The notes: generated by a model from the sequence alone, not told the origin. DNA of 32,000 nt from Desulfotalea psychrophila LSv54 (GCF_000025945.1 NC_006138.1:120001-152000), one strand, 5' to 3'. Counted from the stretch's first letter, positions 19,047-29,058 are shown. Numbers and translations are program-made.

Positions 19047-20147
19047 ATGAACTATGCAAAACGTATAAAAAAAATACAAAAGACTCTTTCCAGAAAGAAC
19101 CTTGATGCCCTCCTTGTCAGCCAACCGGAAAATCGTCGTTATCTCTCGGGGTATACAGGAGGTGACCACGGCATCGGTGAAACATCAGGTGTTTTAATTA
19201 TCCCCGCCAAGGGCAAGGTTCATCTCTTGACCGATTTTCGCTACCAGCTCCAGGCAGAACAGGACGCCAGCTGGACCAAGGTCCTCATTTATACCAAGGG
19301 CCTTATCCCCCTGCTCCTGAAACTCCTGCCTGAGCTCGGCATCAAGACTCTAGCCTTTGAAAGCGACTACACCCTCCACTCCTTTGCCAAGAGCCTCCGA
19401 GAAAAACTAGGCACAGTTGGAGTCACAACAACTCCAAGCCTTAATCTCATCGAGAAAATGCGCCTCATCAAAGATGAGGATGAGATCGATGCTATTCGCA
19501 GATCAGTTCTCCTCAATGAAGCTGTCTTTCAGGAGGTCTATGCAGACCTCAAGCCCGGTATCACAGAAACAGAGCTTGCCATCAAGATCGAGGCCACCAT
19601 GCGACGCAGAGGTGCCGAACGCCCAAGTTTTGATACCATTGTCGCATCAGGGAAAAACAGCGCCCTCCCCCATGCGGTTCCTGGTATGGATAAGATCAGA
19701 AAAGAGAGCCCCCTGACCATTGACATGGGACTTATCCTGGACGGTTATTGCTCTGATATGACCAGAACCTTTGTCCTCGGTAAGCCCGGCAAAAAATATT
19801 TAAAATACCACCGCCTTGTCCGCCGGGCCCAGCTTGCCGGCATGAAGGCGGTTCGAGCCGGAGTTACAGGCCAAGAGGTCGATGCCGTAGCACGTAAGAT
19901 AATCAGCGATGCAGGCTATGGGGAATATTTTGGGCATAGCCTGGGCCATGGTGTAGGCCTGGCCGTCCACGAGAACCCCCGCCTCTCCTTTTCCAACAAC
20001 AAAAAACTGAGAGAGGGCATGATCGTCACCGTGGAGCCTGGAATCTATATCCCTGGTTGGGGAGGAATCCGACTGGAAAACATGGTCGTTGTCCGTAAAG
20101 ATGGCTGTGAAAACCTCAACCAGGACACAACATTTTTAGACCTATAA
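19047..20147 (+). CDS. M24-family Xaa-Pro aminopeptidase/dipeptidase
   Basis: A creatinase-like N-domain is followed by the pita-bread metal-ligand pattern (DMGLILDGYCSDMTRTF, HSLGHGVGLAVHE, VEPGIYIPGWGGIRLEN). Confidence 0.92.
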   Translation: MNYAKRIKKIQKTLSRKNLDALLVSQPENRRYLSGYTGGDHGIGETSGVLIIPAKGKVHLLTDFRYQLQAEQDASWTKVLIYTKGLIPLLLKLLPELGIKTLAFESDYTLHSFAKSLREKLGTVGVTTTPSLNLIEKMRLIKDEDEIDAIRRSVLLNEAVFQEVYADLKPGITETELAIKIEATMRRRGAERPSFDTIVASGKNSALPHAVPGMDKIRKESPLTIDMGLILDGYCSDMTRTFVLGKPGKKYLKYHRLVRRAQLAGMKAVRAGVTGQEVDAVARKIISDAGYGEYFGHSLGHGVGLAVHENPRLSFSNNKKLREGMIVTVEPGIYIPGWGGIRLENMVVVRKDGCENLNQDTTFLDL

Positions 20148-20165
20148 CCATAAAAAGAGTTTAAA

Positions 20166-20498
20166 ATGCGCCAATTTGTCATAGATGAACTTTCCCCCAT
20201 GGAAAGGGATAATATCGATTCTTATCTCAAACGCAATACCAAGATAGGACCAATGATTGGCCTCTATTGGATTGTTCTGCCAGAGGAACTCCTCTCCGAG
20301 GCGCAACTGGGACATGAAGAGCACGGACCATTCTACATCGCCGTTGAAGTAGAACAGCACTCTGTCAAATTTGAACTCCTTGTCCGCAGTAAGAGTAATT
20401 TGCACTGTACATGCATTGCCCATGCAAGCCCTGAGCAACGACAATACATACTAGGCTTTATTGATAAGATGGTGACTGAAGAGATGATCAGATCATAA
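20166..20498 (+). CDS. Hypothetical small protein
   Basis: A 110-aa ORF starting 19 nt after the peptidase stop. No recognisable motif. Confidence 0.55.
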   Translation: MRQFVIDELSPMERDNIDSYLKRNTKIGPMIGLYWIVLPEELLSEAQLGHEEHGPFYIAVEVEQHSVKFELLVRSKSNLHCTCIAHASPEQRQYILGFIDKMVTEEMIRS

Positions 20499-20638
20499 TT
20501 CAGCCAGCCGCTGAAAGTGCATCTCAGCACCGATGCACTCCCTAGCACCCTGCACTGGGAAGTAGGTCATGCAGACAGATAACCCTGCTACCAACAGTTC
20601 CCTTATCTACCCCGTTTTTTTCGACCATAGGAGACATT

Positions 20639-22921
20639 ATGAAGACATCCGTTGACTCTACTGCCACATTTATTGAAAAGGTTTACCAGAGAACCACCGA
20701 ACAGCTCAAAACAGTTCGTGCTCGCCTTAACCGACCTCTGACCTACACCGAAAAAATAATGTATGGTCACCTTGATGATGCAGATAATGCAGAGCTCATC
20801 GCCGGCAAGAGTTATATCAAGACAAGGCCTGACCGCATCGCCTTGCAAGATGCAACCGCCCAGATGGCAGTACTCCAGTTTATGTTGGCTGAAAAGGATG
20901 AAGCTGCAGTACCCGTCACCATCCACTGCGACCACCTTATCCAAGCATACAAGGGCGCGGAGACTGATTTACCCATAGCCAAAACCGAGAACAACGAGGT
21001 CTATAATTTTCTCTCATCGGCCTCGAAACGATACGGCTTTGGCTATTGGCATCCCGGGGCAGGAATTATTCACCAGGTGGTACTGGAAAGATACGCCTTT
21101 CCTGGTCTCATGATGCTTGGCACAGATTCCCACACCCCAAACGCAGGAGGAATGGGAGTCTTTGCCTCGGGTGTTGGCGGCGCTGATGCCGTAGATGTTA
21201 TGGTTGATATGCCCTGGGAGGTACTTCACCCACAGGTTGTCGGAGTCCACCTGAAAGGAAAGCTGCAGGAGTGGAGTTCCCCCAAGGATATTATCCTCAA
21301 ACTCTTGGAAGTACTCACCTGCTCCGGCGGCACCAACCGGGTATTTGAATATTTTGGCGAAGGGGCCGCAAGCATTTCCGCCACCGGCAAGAGTACCATT
21401 TGCAACATGGGTGCTGAACTGGGGGCAACCACCTCCCTCTTCCCCTACGACCAGTCCATGGCAACCTATCTCCAGGCCTGTGGTCGTGGCGAGGTAGCAG
21501 ATCTGGCTAACCAATACCAGACTATACTTCAGGCAGATGACGAGGTACTGACAAATCCCGAGTCCTACTACGATAAGGTTGTGGTCATTGATCTTGATAA
21601 GCTCGTGCCCTATATCGTCGGCCCGCATTCCCCGGATAAGGCCGCTACCGTAGCAGCTCTTGCCGAACAGGTGACAATTAACGGCTACCCGGAGAAGATC
21701 TCCGCCACCCTTATTGGCTCCTGCACCAACTCTTCCTACGAAGATATGGGACGCATTGCAGCCATTGCCGACCAGATTATAGAAGAGGGCGCTCAGCTGA
21801 AGACCCCACTCTATATAACTCCAGGATCGGAACAGGTTCGGGCAACCATTGAAAGGGACGGTATTCTGGAAAAACTCCTCCAGATTGGAGCAATAGTTCT
21901 CACCAATGCCTGTGGCCCATGTATTGGCCAGTGGCGACGAGATGATCAGGTTCCCAATACCCCAAATACAATTGTCAGCTCCTACAATAGAAATTTCCCT
22001 AAACGAAACGATGGCAATCCCGAAACATGCAGTTTCCTTACCAGTCCTGAAACATGTATGGCCTATGCCCTGCATGGCAGCCTGGCGGTTAACCCCTATA
22101 CCACCCCGATAGAGGGCAAGAATGGCCCCTTTCTCCTCAAGACACCGGGAAGAGTTGCCGAGGTGCCCGCCCAGGGCTTTGTCTGCGACCAAGAGGGATT
22201 TCAGGCACCGATCGCCAAGGAGGAGAGGGCAGGAATAAGTGTGGAAATCTCCCCTGATTCTAAACGCCTGGCCAAACTCATCCCCTTTCCTGCTTGGGAT
22301 GGCAAGAACTTTAAAGATCTACGTCTCCTCCTCAAGGCAAAGGGAAAATGTACCACCGATCATATCTCGCCCGCTGGCCCATGGTTACGCTTTCGAGGAC
22401 ATCTTGATAATATTTCAGATAATATGTTTAGTGGTGCTATCAATAGTTTTACCGGTATGGCGGGCAGTGGCATCAACCAGCTAGACGGCAAGGTGGAAGG
22501 ATTTAATCAGATTGCCCGGGCCTACCAAGCGGCAGGTGATAGCTGGCTGGTAGTAGGGGACAATAATTACGGCGAAGGGAGCTCTCGGGAACATGCTGCC
22601 ATGAGCCCTCGACATATGGGTGCCAAGGTCGTCATCTGTAAAGCCTTTGCCCGTATCCATGAGACCAACCTGAAAAAACAAGGGGTTCTGCCCCTCACCT
22701 TTACCAGTAGCAATGATTACCAACTGGTCCAAGACGGCGACAGAATTGATGTCTTAGGGGTAAAAGAGATAGCTCCTGCCAGCGCACTCCAGGCCGTACT
22801 CAAACATAGCGATGGCAGCAGCGACAGAGTCGAACTCCAGCATTCACTGAACCAGGAGCAGATAAGCTGGTTTAAGGCGGGATCTGCCCTCAACTACCTG
22901 CGTCACGAGCTGAACGAATAG
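20639..22921 (+). CDS. Aconitate hydratase, mitochondrial-type (~760 aa class)
   Basis: Motifs RPLTYTEKIMYGHLDD, RIALQDATAQMA, GTDSHTPNAGG, IGSCTNSSYEDM and NACGPCIGQW supply the Fe-S Cys ligands. The swivel domain is at the C-terminus. The length does not fit AcnA (~890 aa) or AcnB (~865 aa). Confidence 0.93.
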   Translation: MKTSVDSTATFIEKVYQRTTEQLKTVRARLNRPLTYTEKIMYGHLDDADNAELIAGKSYIKTRPDRIALQDATAQMAVLQFMLAEKDEAAVPVTIHCDHLIQAYKGAETDLPIAKTENNEVYNFLSSASKRYGFGYWHPGAGIIHQVVLERYAFPGLMMLGTDSHTPNAGGMGVFASGVGGADAVDVMVDMPWEVLHPQVVGVHLKGKLQEWSSPKDIILKLLEVLTCSGGTNRVFEYFGEGAASISATGKSTICNMGAELGATTSLFPYDQSMATYLQACGRGEVADLANQYQTILQADDEVLTNPESYYDKVVVIDLDKLVPYIVGPHSPDKAATVAALAEQVTINGYPEKISATLIGSCTNSSYEDMGRIAAIADQIIEEGAQLKTPLYITPGSEQVRATIERDGILEKLLQIGAIVLTNACGPCIGQWRRDDQVPNTPNTIVSSYNRNFPKRNDGNPETCSFLTSPETCMAYALHGSLAVNPYTTPIEGKNGPFLLKTPGRVAEVPAQGFVCDQEGFQAPIAKEERAGISVEISPDSKRLAKLIPFPAWDGKNFKDLRLLLKAKGKCTTDHISPAGPWLRFRGHLDNISDNMFSGAINSFTGMAGSGINQLDGKVEGFNQIARAYQAAGDSWLVVGDNNYGEGSSREHAAMSPRHMGAKVVICKAFARIHETNLKKQGVLPLTFTSSNDYQLVQDGDRIDVLGVKEIAPASALQAVLKHSDGSSDRVELQHSLNQEQISWFKAGSALNYLRHELNE

Positions 22922-23020
22922 CAAGCTTGCACAAAGCTCTTTTCTTCTAATCTCTGCCTCGCAGTCGTGGCTTAGCTGATATTTATTAAAAAATACCAAT
23001 TTTTCAATAAATATCAACGG

Positions 23021-23066
23021 GTAAGAGATAGCCTACACAGCAGGCTATCTCTTACTATTTTTCTTT
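23021..23066 (+). terminator. Rho-independent terminator after the aconitase gene
   Basis: A perfect 14-bp stem GTAAGAGATAGCCT / AGGCTATCTCTTAC with a 7-nt loop, followed by TATTTTTCTTT. Confidence 0.85.
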
Positions 23067-23100
23067 CATGAAAAAATAACCATCAAGCATCTGGATATAT

Positions 23101-24414
23101 ATGAAAAATGCACCACGGCAAATTATTACCAGCCACATAAACACAGATTTTGATGCCCTAGCCTCTATAATTGGCGCCACCCTCCTCTACCCCGGTAGCA
23201 TCGGAGTGGTGCCCAAGATGGTGAATAAAAACGTCAGTCGTTTTCTCTCCACCCATAAGAGTGCCTTTGACCTCATCCTGCCCAATGAAATAGACCCGGA
23301 AAAGGTAGAAAAGCTGATCGTCGTCGATACCGATCAATGGCAGCGACTTGATCGGATGGAAAAGCTCCGGGAGCGGAATATCGAAATTGAGGTTTGGGAC
23401 CACCACATTCATAATATAGGAAACATCGAAGCAGGGGTTATCCGTAAGGAGAATGTCGGAGCAACTATCACCCTGCTCTGCCGCGAAATGCAGGCACGCA
23501 AAATCACCCTTTCCCCCCTGCAATCAACGGTAATGCTGATTGGCCTCTACGAAGATACCGGCCGCCTCTCCTTTCCCGCCACCACGCCAGAAGATGCCAT
23601 GACAGCCGCCTATCTGTTAAAAAACGGGGCCGACCTCAATGTCGCCAGTTTTTTCCTGGCCCCACCCTACGAGGAAGAGCAAAAAGATATTCTCTTTGAG
23701 ATGCTCAAAAGCACCGAGAAGGAGCATATTAACGGCAGGAAGATTGGTTTCAATATCGTCCACCTCAAAAAGGTGACACCCAATCTAGCAGGTGTTGTCA
23801 GCAGTTACAGAGGATTCATCAACGTTGCCGCAGTATTTGTCATCTTCGTCAGCGACTCATACTGCACGGTCATTGCCCGTAGTGGCAGTAAGGCAATTGA
23901 TGTCGGCCTCATCCTTCAGGAGTTCGGAGGGGGAGGACATCCCGGGGCAGGATCAGCAACTATCAGAGGCGAGGACTGTGATGGAAAGAAGATACGAAGC
24001 ATCATTCGGGAAAAGCTAAAAAACAACTCAAACCATCATGTCCAGATTGCGGACATAATGTCTTTCCCCGTTGTCTCTGTACCACCAACCATGCCCATGC
24101 GAAAGGTGCGGGAGATAATGGATGAGAAAAACATTCGGGGCATCATTGTTGCCGAAGATGATCAGATTGAAGGGGTTGTTGTCCTCTGTGATTTCAAAAA
24201 GATTAAAAAAGAAAACCAATGGAACAGTCCGGTAAAGGCATTTATGACCCGTGGAGTCACCACCATTACCCCAGACACTCCACCCTCAATTGCAGCCGAG
24301 ATAATGAGCGATCAGGGTATTGGCTATCTACCCGTTGTCCATGAGAATAAAATGATCGGTATTGTTACCAGAACAGATGTAATCAGATATATCTATGGCC
24401 TGGTACCAGAATAG
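23101..24414 (+). CDS. DHH/DHHA1 phosphoesterase with a C-terminal CBS pair
   Basis: DHH motifs HINTDFDALAS, VVDTD and WDHHIH are present, with the DHHA1 motif GGGGHPGAGSA. Two CBS-like modules follow (IMSFPVVSVPP...IRGIIV and FMTRGVTTITP...IGYLPVV..MIGIVTRTDV). Confidence 0.88.
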   Translation: MKNAPRQIITSHINTDFDALASIIGATLLYPGSIGVVPKMVNKNVSRFLSTHKSAFDLILPNEIDPEKVEKLIVVDTDQWQRLDRMEKLRERNIEIEVWDHHIHNIGNIEAGVIRKENVGATITLLCREMQARKITLSPLQSTVMLIGLYEDTGRLSFPATTPEDAMTAAYLLKNGADLNVASFFLAPPYEEEQKDILFEMLKSTEKEHINGRKIGFNIVHLKKVTPNLAGVVSSYRGFINVAAVFVIFVSDSYCTVIARSGSKAIDVGLILQEFGGGGHPGAGSATIRGEDCDGKKIRSIIREKLKNNSNHHVQIADIMSFPVVSVPPTMPMRKVREIMDEKNIRGIIVAEDDQIEGVVVLCDFKKIKKENQWNSPVKAFMTRGVTTITPDTPPSIAAEIMSDQGIGYLPVVHENKMIGIVTRTDVIRYIYGLVPE

Positions 24415-24438
24415 GGAGAGGCACTCAAGTGCCCCTCC
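24415..24438. terminator. Weak hairpin between convergent genes (DHH-CBS and lon)
   Basis: GGAGAGGCAC-TCAA-GTGCCCCTCC has a 10-bp stem with one mismatch. There is no flanking T-run on either strand. Confidence 0.3.
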
Positions 24439-24445
24439 TCTGAAC

Positions 24446-26872
24446 CTACTTAAAGCAAATTTTCAAAACATCTTCGAAAGTTTCCACAAACTTAGCAGAA
24501 AGGTCCTCTTTGATATAATCCGGTAACATATCAAAATCTTCCTCATTTTCCTTGGGCAGTATCACCTGCTTGACATGGGCCCTCCGAGCAGCAATCATCT
24601 TCTCCTTCACCCCGCCAATGGGCATAACAAGTCCTGTCAGAGTAAGTTCCCCTGTCATTGCCACTCCGGGCACGATGGTCTTTCCCGTTGCCATGGAGTA
24701 GAGGGAGCAGGCCATGGTGATGCCGGCAGATGGCCCATCCTTAGGCGTTGCTCCCGCCGGTACATGAAGATGAATAAAGTTTTTATTAAAAAACTTCACC
24801 GCAGCAGAATCATCCCCCAAGAGAAAACGAATATAACTATAGGCAATTTCAGAAGATTCAATCATGACCTTGCCCAGTTGGCCTGTTTGCTTAAAACCGC
24901 TATCCCCCGTGGGCACAGCAAGAGACTCTATATAGAGGGTCGTCCCCCCCATGTTCGTATAGGCAAGGCCTGTGATTACTCCCACCCGCGGAGTGCTATA
25001 AACCTGCTCCTCGGCAAAGAGACGTCTACCCAAAAGTCCCCGGAGATCACGCTTACGAATACGTACCTTCTCCAAACCACCGGCTAAATGAGAGGTAATC
25101 GTCTTACGCAAAATCTTTCTTATACAGGTCTCCAAGCCACGCACACCTGCCTCACGAGCATAGCCTTCTACGATGGCAGTTAAAACAGGGTTTGAAATAA
25201 TAATCTGGGAGGGACGCAAACCATGATGTTTCATCTGACGAGGAATAAGATGCTTTCTGGCAATGGCTATCTTCTCTGCCAAAATATAACCGGGAAGCTC
25301 TATACGCTCCATACGATCAAGAAGGGCCGGAGGAATAGTATCCAATAGATTTGCTGTACAGATAAACAGAACCTTAGAGAGGTCAAAGCGTACATCAAGA
25401 TAATGATCCAAAAAATCACTGTTTTGCTCAGGATCAAGCACCTCCAGCAGAGCCGAGGCAGGATCACCACGAAAACTGGCTCCGATCTTATCTATCTCAT
25501 CGAGCATAATAAGCGGATTAGCAGACTTACAACTCTTGATAGCCTGAATAACCTTACCTGGCATAGCGCCAATATATGTTCTTCTATGACCCTTTATCTC
25601 CGCCTCATCCCGCATCCCACCAAGGGAAAAACGAAAAAATTTGCGGCCAAGACTTCGGGCAATGGACTGCCCCACCGATGTCTTTCCTACCCCCGGGGGA
25701 CCGGTAAGGAGAAGAATGGTACCGGTTAACTCTCCCTTAATGGAACCCACCGAGATAAGTTCAATAATGCGATCCTTCACATCATCAAGGCCATGGTGAT
25801 CATCATCAAGAATCTTCCGGGCCTTTTTGACACTGTAATTGTCCTTCGTGTAAACACCCCATGGCATCATAGTAAGCCAATCAAGATAGGTTCGACTGAC
25901 GTTAAACTCTGGAGAAGATGGCCCCAAGAGCCTGATTTTTTCCAGTTCTTCATCTATTCTTTCCTGAGCCTCTTCAGGGAGATGAAGATCTTTTATCCGG
26001 TTTTCGTATTTTTCCATCTCCGTCTGGGTATCATCTTTGGTCAGACCCAACTCTTTTTTAATCTCTTGCAACTGCTGTTTCAAAAAAAACTCTCGCTGTT
26101 GCTTGGAGAGTTGCTCCTCAATCCTTGAGGAAATCTTCACCTTAAGCTTTGATATTTCCAATTCCTTCTTAATAAGGACAAGGGCAAGCTCTATTCGTTT
26201 GCGAACACTACGGGTGGCGAGAACCTTTTGAATTTCAGGTCCAGACGAAGTTGTCATTGCCGCAGAAAAATCCGCAAGGGAGCCCGGCTCATGCAAGTTT
26301 ATTCGCTCAATCAATAAGGATAATCCTTCCCGAAAAATCGGGTTCAGATGGACAAGCTCCTTAATACTATCAATAATTGCCGTTGAGTAAGCCTTAAGCT
26401 CATCAGTAACTTTTATTTTTTCTTCTTGCCAATACTTAACCTCTACCTGGAAGAGCGGCTCTTTTTTGATGAGCTTAACAACATCGAAGCGAGCCTTAAT
26501 CTCTACAATAAACTGCAGAGGCTCACCAATGGTAAGGGGAGAAATTTGTATCACCTTGGCGACCACCCCCACATCATAAAAATCATCCGCCGACTCAGGT
26601 GCCTTGACCTGACCATCCGGATCCTGCCTCGTTAAGAGAAGAGCAAAAAACAGAGGTACTTTTTTATCCTTTTGGCTAAGGATGAATTTTTGCAAACGCA
26701 TATCTTCAATAATAATCGGCCCCATCATCTTAGGAAACATGGGCCTTTCATAGAGAGGGATGACCATCAACATCTCTGGCAATATATCTTCCATACGGGC
26801 AGGGAATTGCAGATCATCATGATCTGGATTTTCCACACCATCTGGGGTCAAAATCGTAGGTTCTTCCGCCAT
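24446..26872 (-). CDS. lon: ATP-dependent Lon protease (LonA)
   Basis: The 808-aa product has an N-terminal LON domain, an AAA+ module ([17 protein letters not shown]) and a protease domain with [12 protein letters not shown] and TGELTLTG. Confidence 0.97.
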
Positions 26873-27052
26873 GAGTTCTCCTTTGCAATCTATGCGACAG
26901 GAAGAGATATTCGTCTTTTCAGCAAAATCCCCCCTGTCTTTTATAGAACAATCTGTTTTGAATACCTTATAGCCTGATTCAATTCTCCACTCTTATTAAG
27001 AAAATATCAAAAAGAAAATGGCACAGATGCGACAGCATGGTCAAAAAAAATA

Positions 27053-27901
27053 TCAATCGGATAAAGTGGCTTGCAAAAGTTTTTCCAAGGATGGCTTTTT
27101 CTGAAAGAGAAGCTCTTTAAAGAGATCCGCACAGACATGTTGTGGATTGTTTCTTAAAAAATCGTAGGCTTTAACATAATTACGCTGGACGAAGACCTGA
27201 ACCATCTCATCTATTTTAGGATGATCCGGAGCCACTTCAAGAATAAAGATGATGGCATTAGGGGTCAGATGAACAATCTTGTCGCTCTCCTTAATTGCAT
27301 AAATACCCTCAAATATGGTTGCAACCTGAGGGTGCCCCAGCTCCTCCTGAAGGAGAAGAACGGCAATATTGGGATGAGAGTGAAACATCTCTTGAATAAG
27401 AGCTGCTGCATGTGGACTTTCCGGCTGATCCTGAATAAAATCATAGGCACAGGCAATGTCTATGGAGGCAAGATCCCTTGCCAGGGCTGAGCTCAAGGGA
27501 TGATCGGGCATTGTCTGCAAAATATAGGCAATAACAGTTGATGACAATTCGTTTACATAATCTTCTTCAAGCTTATACATCCCTTCAATAATAGAGGAGG
27601 CGCCCTTATGATCCGGCATCCTCTCAAGCAACCTTACGGCACTGTCATAGTTCAAGCCCTTCATAGACTGAGTGGTCGTTGCATACATCTGGTTTAATAA
27701 AATTTCCGCCTGAGCTGAATCTGGATAATTATCAATAAAATCAAAGGCCCGGGCAAAATCCCAACCGGTTATCTGGCCCGGCTTAGACTTAACTGCCTCA
27801 AAATCATCAAGAATTTTCTGTTCCGCAGCTGTCACAGGCTGAGTCGACTGCTTATCTTCTGCCTTACTACCACCCCAAAGATTCCACATCATATTAACCA
27901 T
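27053..27901 (-). CDS. Hypothetical helical-repeat protein (alternating A/B repeats)
   Basis: The 282-aa product has three A-type repeats (ARAFDFIDNYPDSAQAEILLNQMY, ACAYDFIQDQPESPHAAALIQEMF, VKAYDFLRNNPQHVCADLFKELL). These are interleaved with B-type repeats (VRLLERMPDHKGASSIIEGMY, AYILQTMPDHPLSSALARDL, VLLLQEELGHPQVATIFEGIY, IFILEVAPDHPKIDEMVQVF). Confidence 0.75.
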   Translation of the reverse strand: MVNMMWNLWGGSKAEDKQSTQPVTAAEQKILDDFEAVKSKPGQITGWDFARAFDFIDNYPDSAQAEILLNQMYATTTQSMKGLNYDSAVRLLERMPDHKGASSIIEGMYKLEEDYVNELSSTVIAYILQTMPDHPLSSALARDLASIDIACAYDFIQDQPESPHAAALIQEMFHSHPNIAVLLLQEELGHPQVATIFEGIYAIKESDKIVHLTPNAIIFILEVAPDHPKIDEMVQVFVQRNYVKAYDFLRNNPQHVCADLFKELLFQKKPSLEKLLQATLSD

Positions 27902-27980
27902 CCTTGTTATGAATAATCCCTGCCAACCATTAAAATGACTGACACTTAAACACGGTAAAGCTACCTTTCCAGAAAAGTTC

Positions 27981-28010
27981 AGTATACCTCAACAGAGAAT
28001 AGTTAACCAA
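27981..28010 (-). promoter_or_regulatory. Candidate sigma70 promoter for the repeat-protein gene
   Basis: On the minus strand, TTGGTT (28010-28005), an 18-nt spacer, then TATACT (27986-27981). This is pattern matching only. Confidence 0.3.
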
Positions 28011-28034
28011 ATTTTTTTAAATAAAAAAGACGCC

Positions 28035-28898
28035 TCAGCAATCAATATTACTAAGAATTTTCAGTGATATGGCACTAGCATCATCGTGCTTCTTAAACCT
28101 GGGCCAGGAGATACAGTCGGGATCACTGTTCTGCCACGAACGGACATCTTCACGAAGGGCGGCAAGACCGCCATTCTGATAGGCTTTGACCATTTTCCCA
28201 AGTCCGCTCTGCCCCTCACCGGGGAGCAACAGGCCATCGGAAAAGAGAAGCATGTCGACAATACCGGCACGGGGTTCAAGACCTGTCTGCAAAAAGCCCA
28301 AAGCCCTCTCCTCCCCTGTCAAGACACCATAATCAATATTCATGCGCCGACGAACCTCGATAATTTGTTGACGCATTCTGGGATGTTTCCGGGAAGTGGA
28401 CAAGCCGCCAAGAGACTCCATCAACGCCAGAGTCTGCCTGTCATGATCCTCAACCCTGTTTATCTGCCGATAGGAACCATCTCCATAAATAAAGAGCAGT
28501 CGACAATCGCCAAGGGCACACCACTCTATACTGTTTCTATGAATTTTAATAACGGCAAGGCTGGTAGCCCATAGATTTTCACCAAGAGAGCGATCCACCC
28601 CCTCTTGCTCCATCTTTTGCCATATAGCCCTATTGGCAACCGTCGCGCGCATGGCAAGAGTTCCCTTCCCCCTGGCAAAGGTTTCTGCTGCAAGGTCCGC
28701 AGCTATCCTCCCACCGGTGCTACCACTGTACTTACAGGAAACCAAACTTGTGGAGCCATCGTAGACGCCAAAAACATCGGCTGTGATAGAAAGAGAATCC
28801 TCGTTAACAGCACTACTGCCCTGCTCTAGCAGGCTCTCCACAAAATAATCTTCAGTATAAGAAACTGGTTCCTGCAGTGACGTCTGTAGAGAGCACAT
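28035..28898 (-). CDS. PP2C-like (PP2C_2-type) protein phosphatase family protein
   Basis: NEDS, VFGVYDGSTS, ALGDCRL, LLFSDGLL and HDDASAI are spaced as in PP2C metal-binding motifs. The second motif is degenerate (DGSTS instead of DGxGG). Confidence 0.75.
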   Translation of the reverse strand: MCSLQTSLQEPVSYTEDYFVESLLEQGSSAVNEDSLSITADVFGVYDGSTSLVSCKYSGSTGGRIAADLAAETFARGKGTLAMRATVANRAIWQKMEQEGVDRSLGENLWATSLAVIKIHRNSIEWCALGDCRLLFIYGDGSYRQINRVEDHDRQTLALMESLGGLSTSRKHPRMRQQIIEVRRRMNIDYGVLTGEERALGFLQTGLEPRAGIVDMLLFSDGLLLPGEGQSGLGKMVKAYQNGGLAALREDVRSWQNSDPDCISWPRFKKHDDASAISLKILSNIDC

Positions 28899-29058
28899 AG
28901 TCTATCTATTCCCCTGATGGTGAGTTGTTATAAGTAAAAAGCGCATTACTCCTTCTACAATAAAAAGCCCAGGGGAATAAGGCCAATCCCTTTTTCCGAT
29001 ACTCTCTCCTCAACTCATCCAATTTGCTGATAAGCCCTCTTTTGTGAGAACAAAAAGA

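Noticed and set aside
21014-22192. A 392-aa ORF on the minus strand.
   Set aside because: It lies entirely antisense to the well-supported aconitase gene. Its translation is low-complexity (Gly/Ala/Cys-rich) with no motifs. This is the typical shadow ORF opposite a long coding frame.
27019-27033. A TGGCAC motif suggesting a sigma54 promoter.
   Set aside because: The GC of a -12 element is not at the required 10-nt spacing from the GG. The motif also points towards no plus-strand gene.
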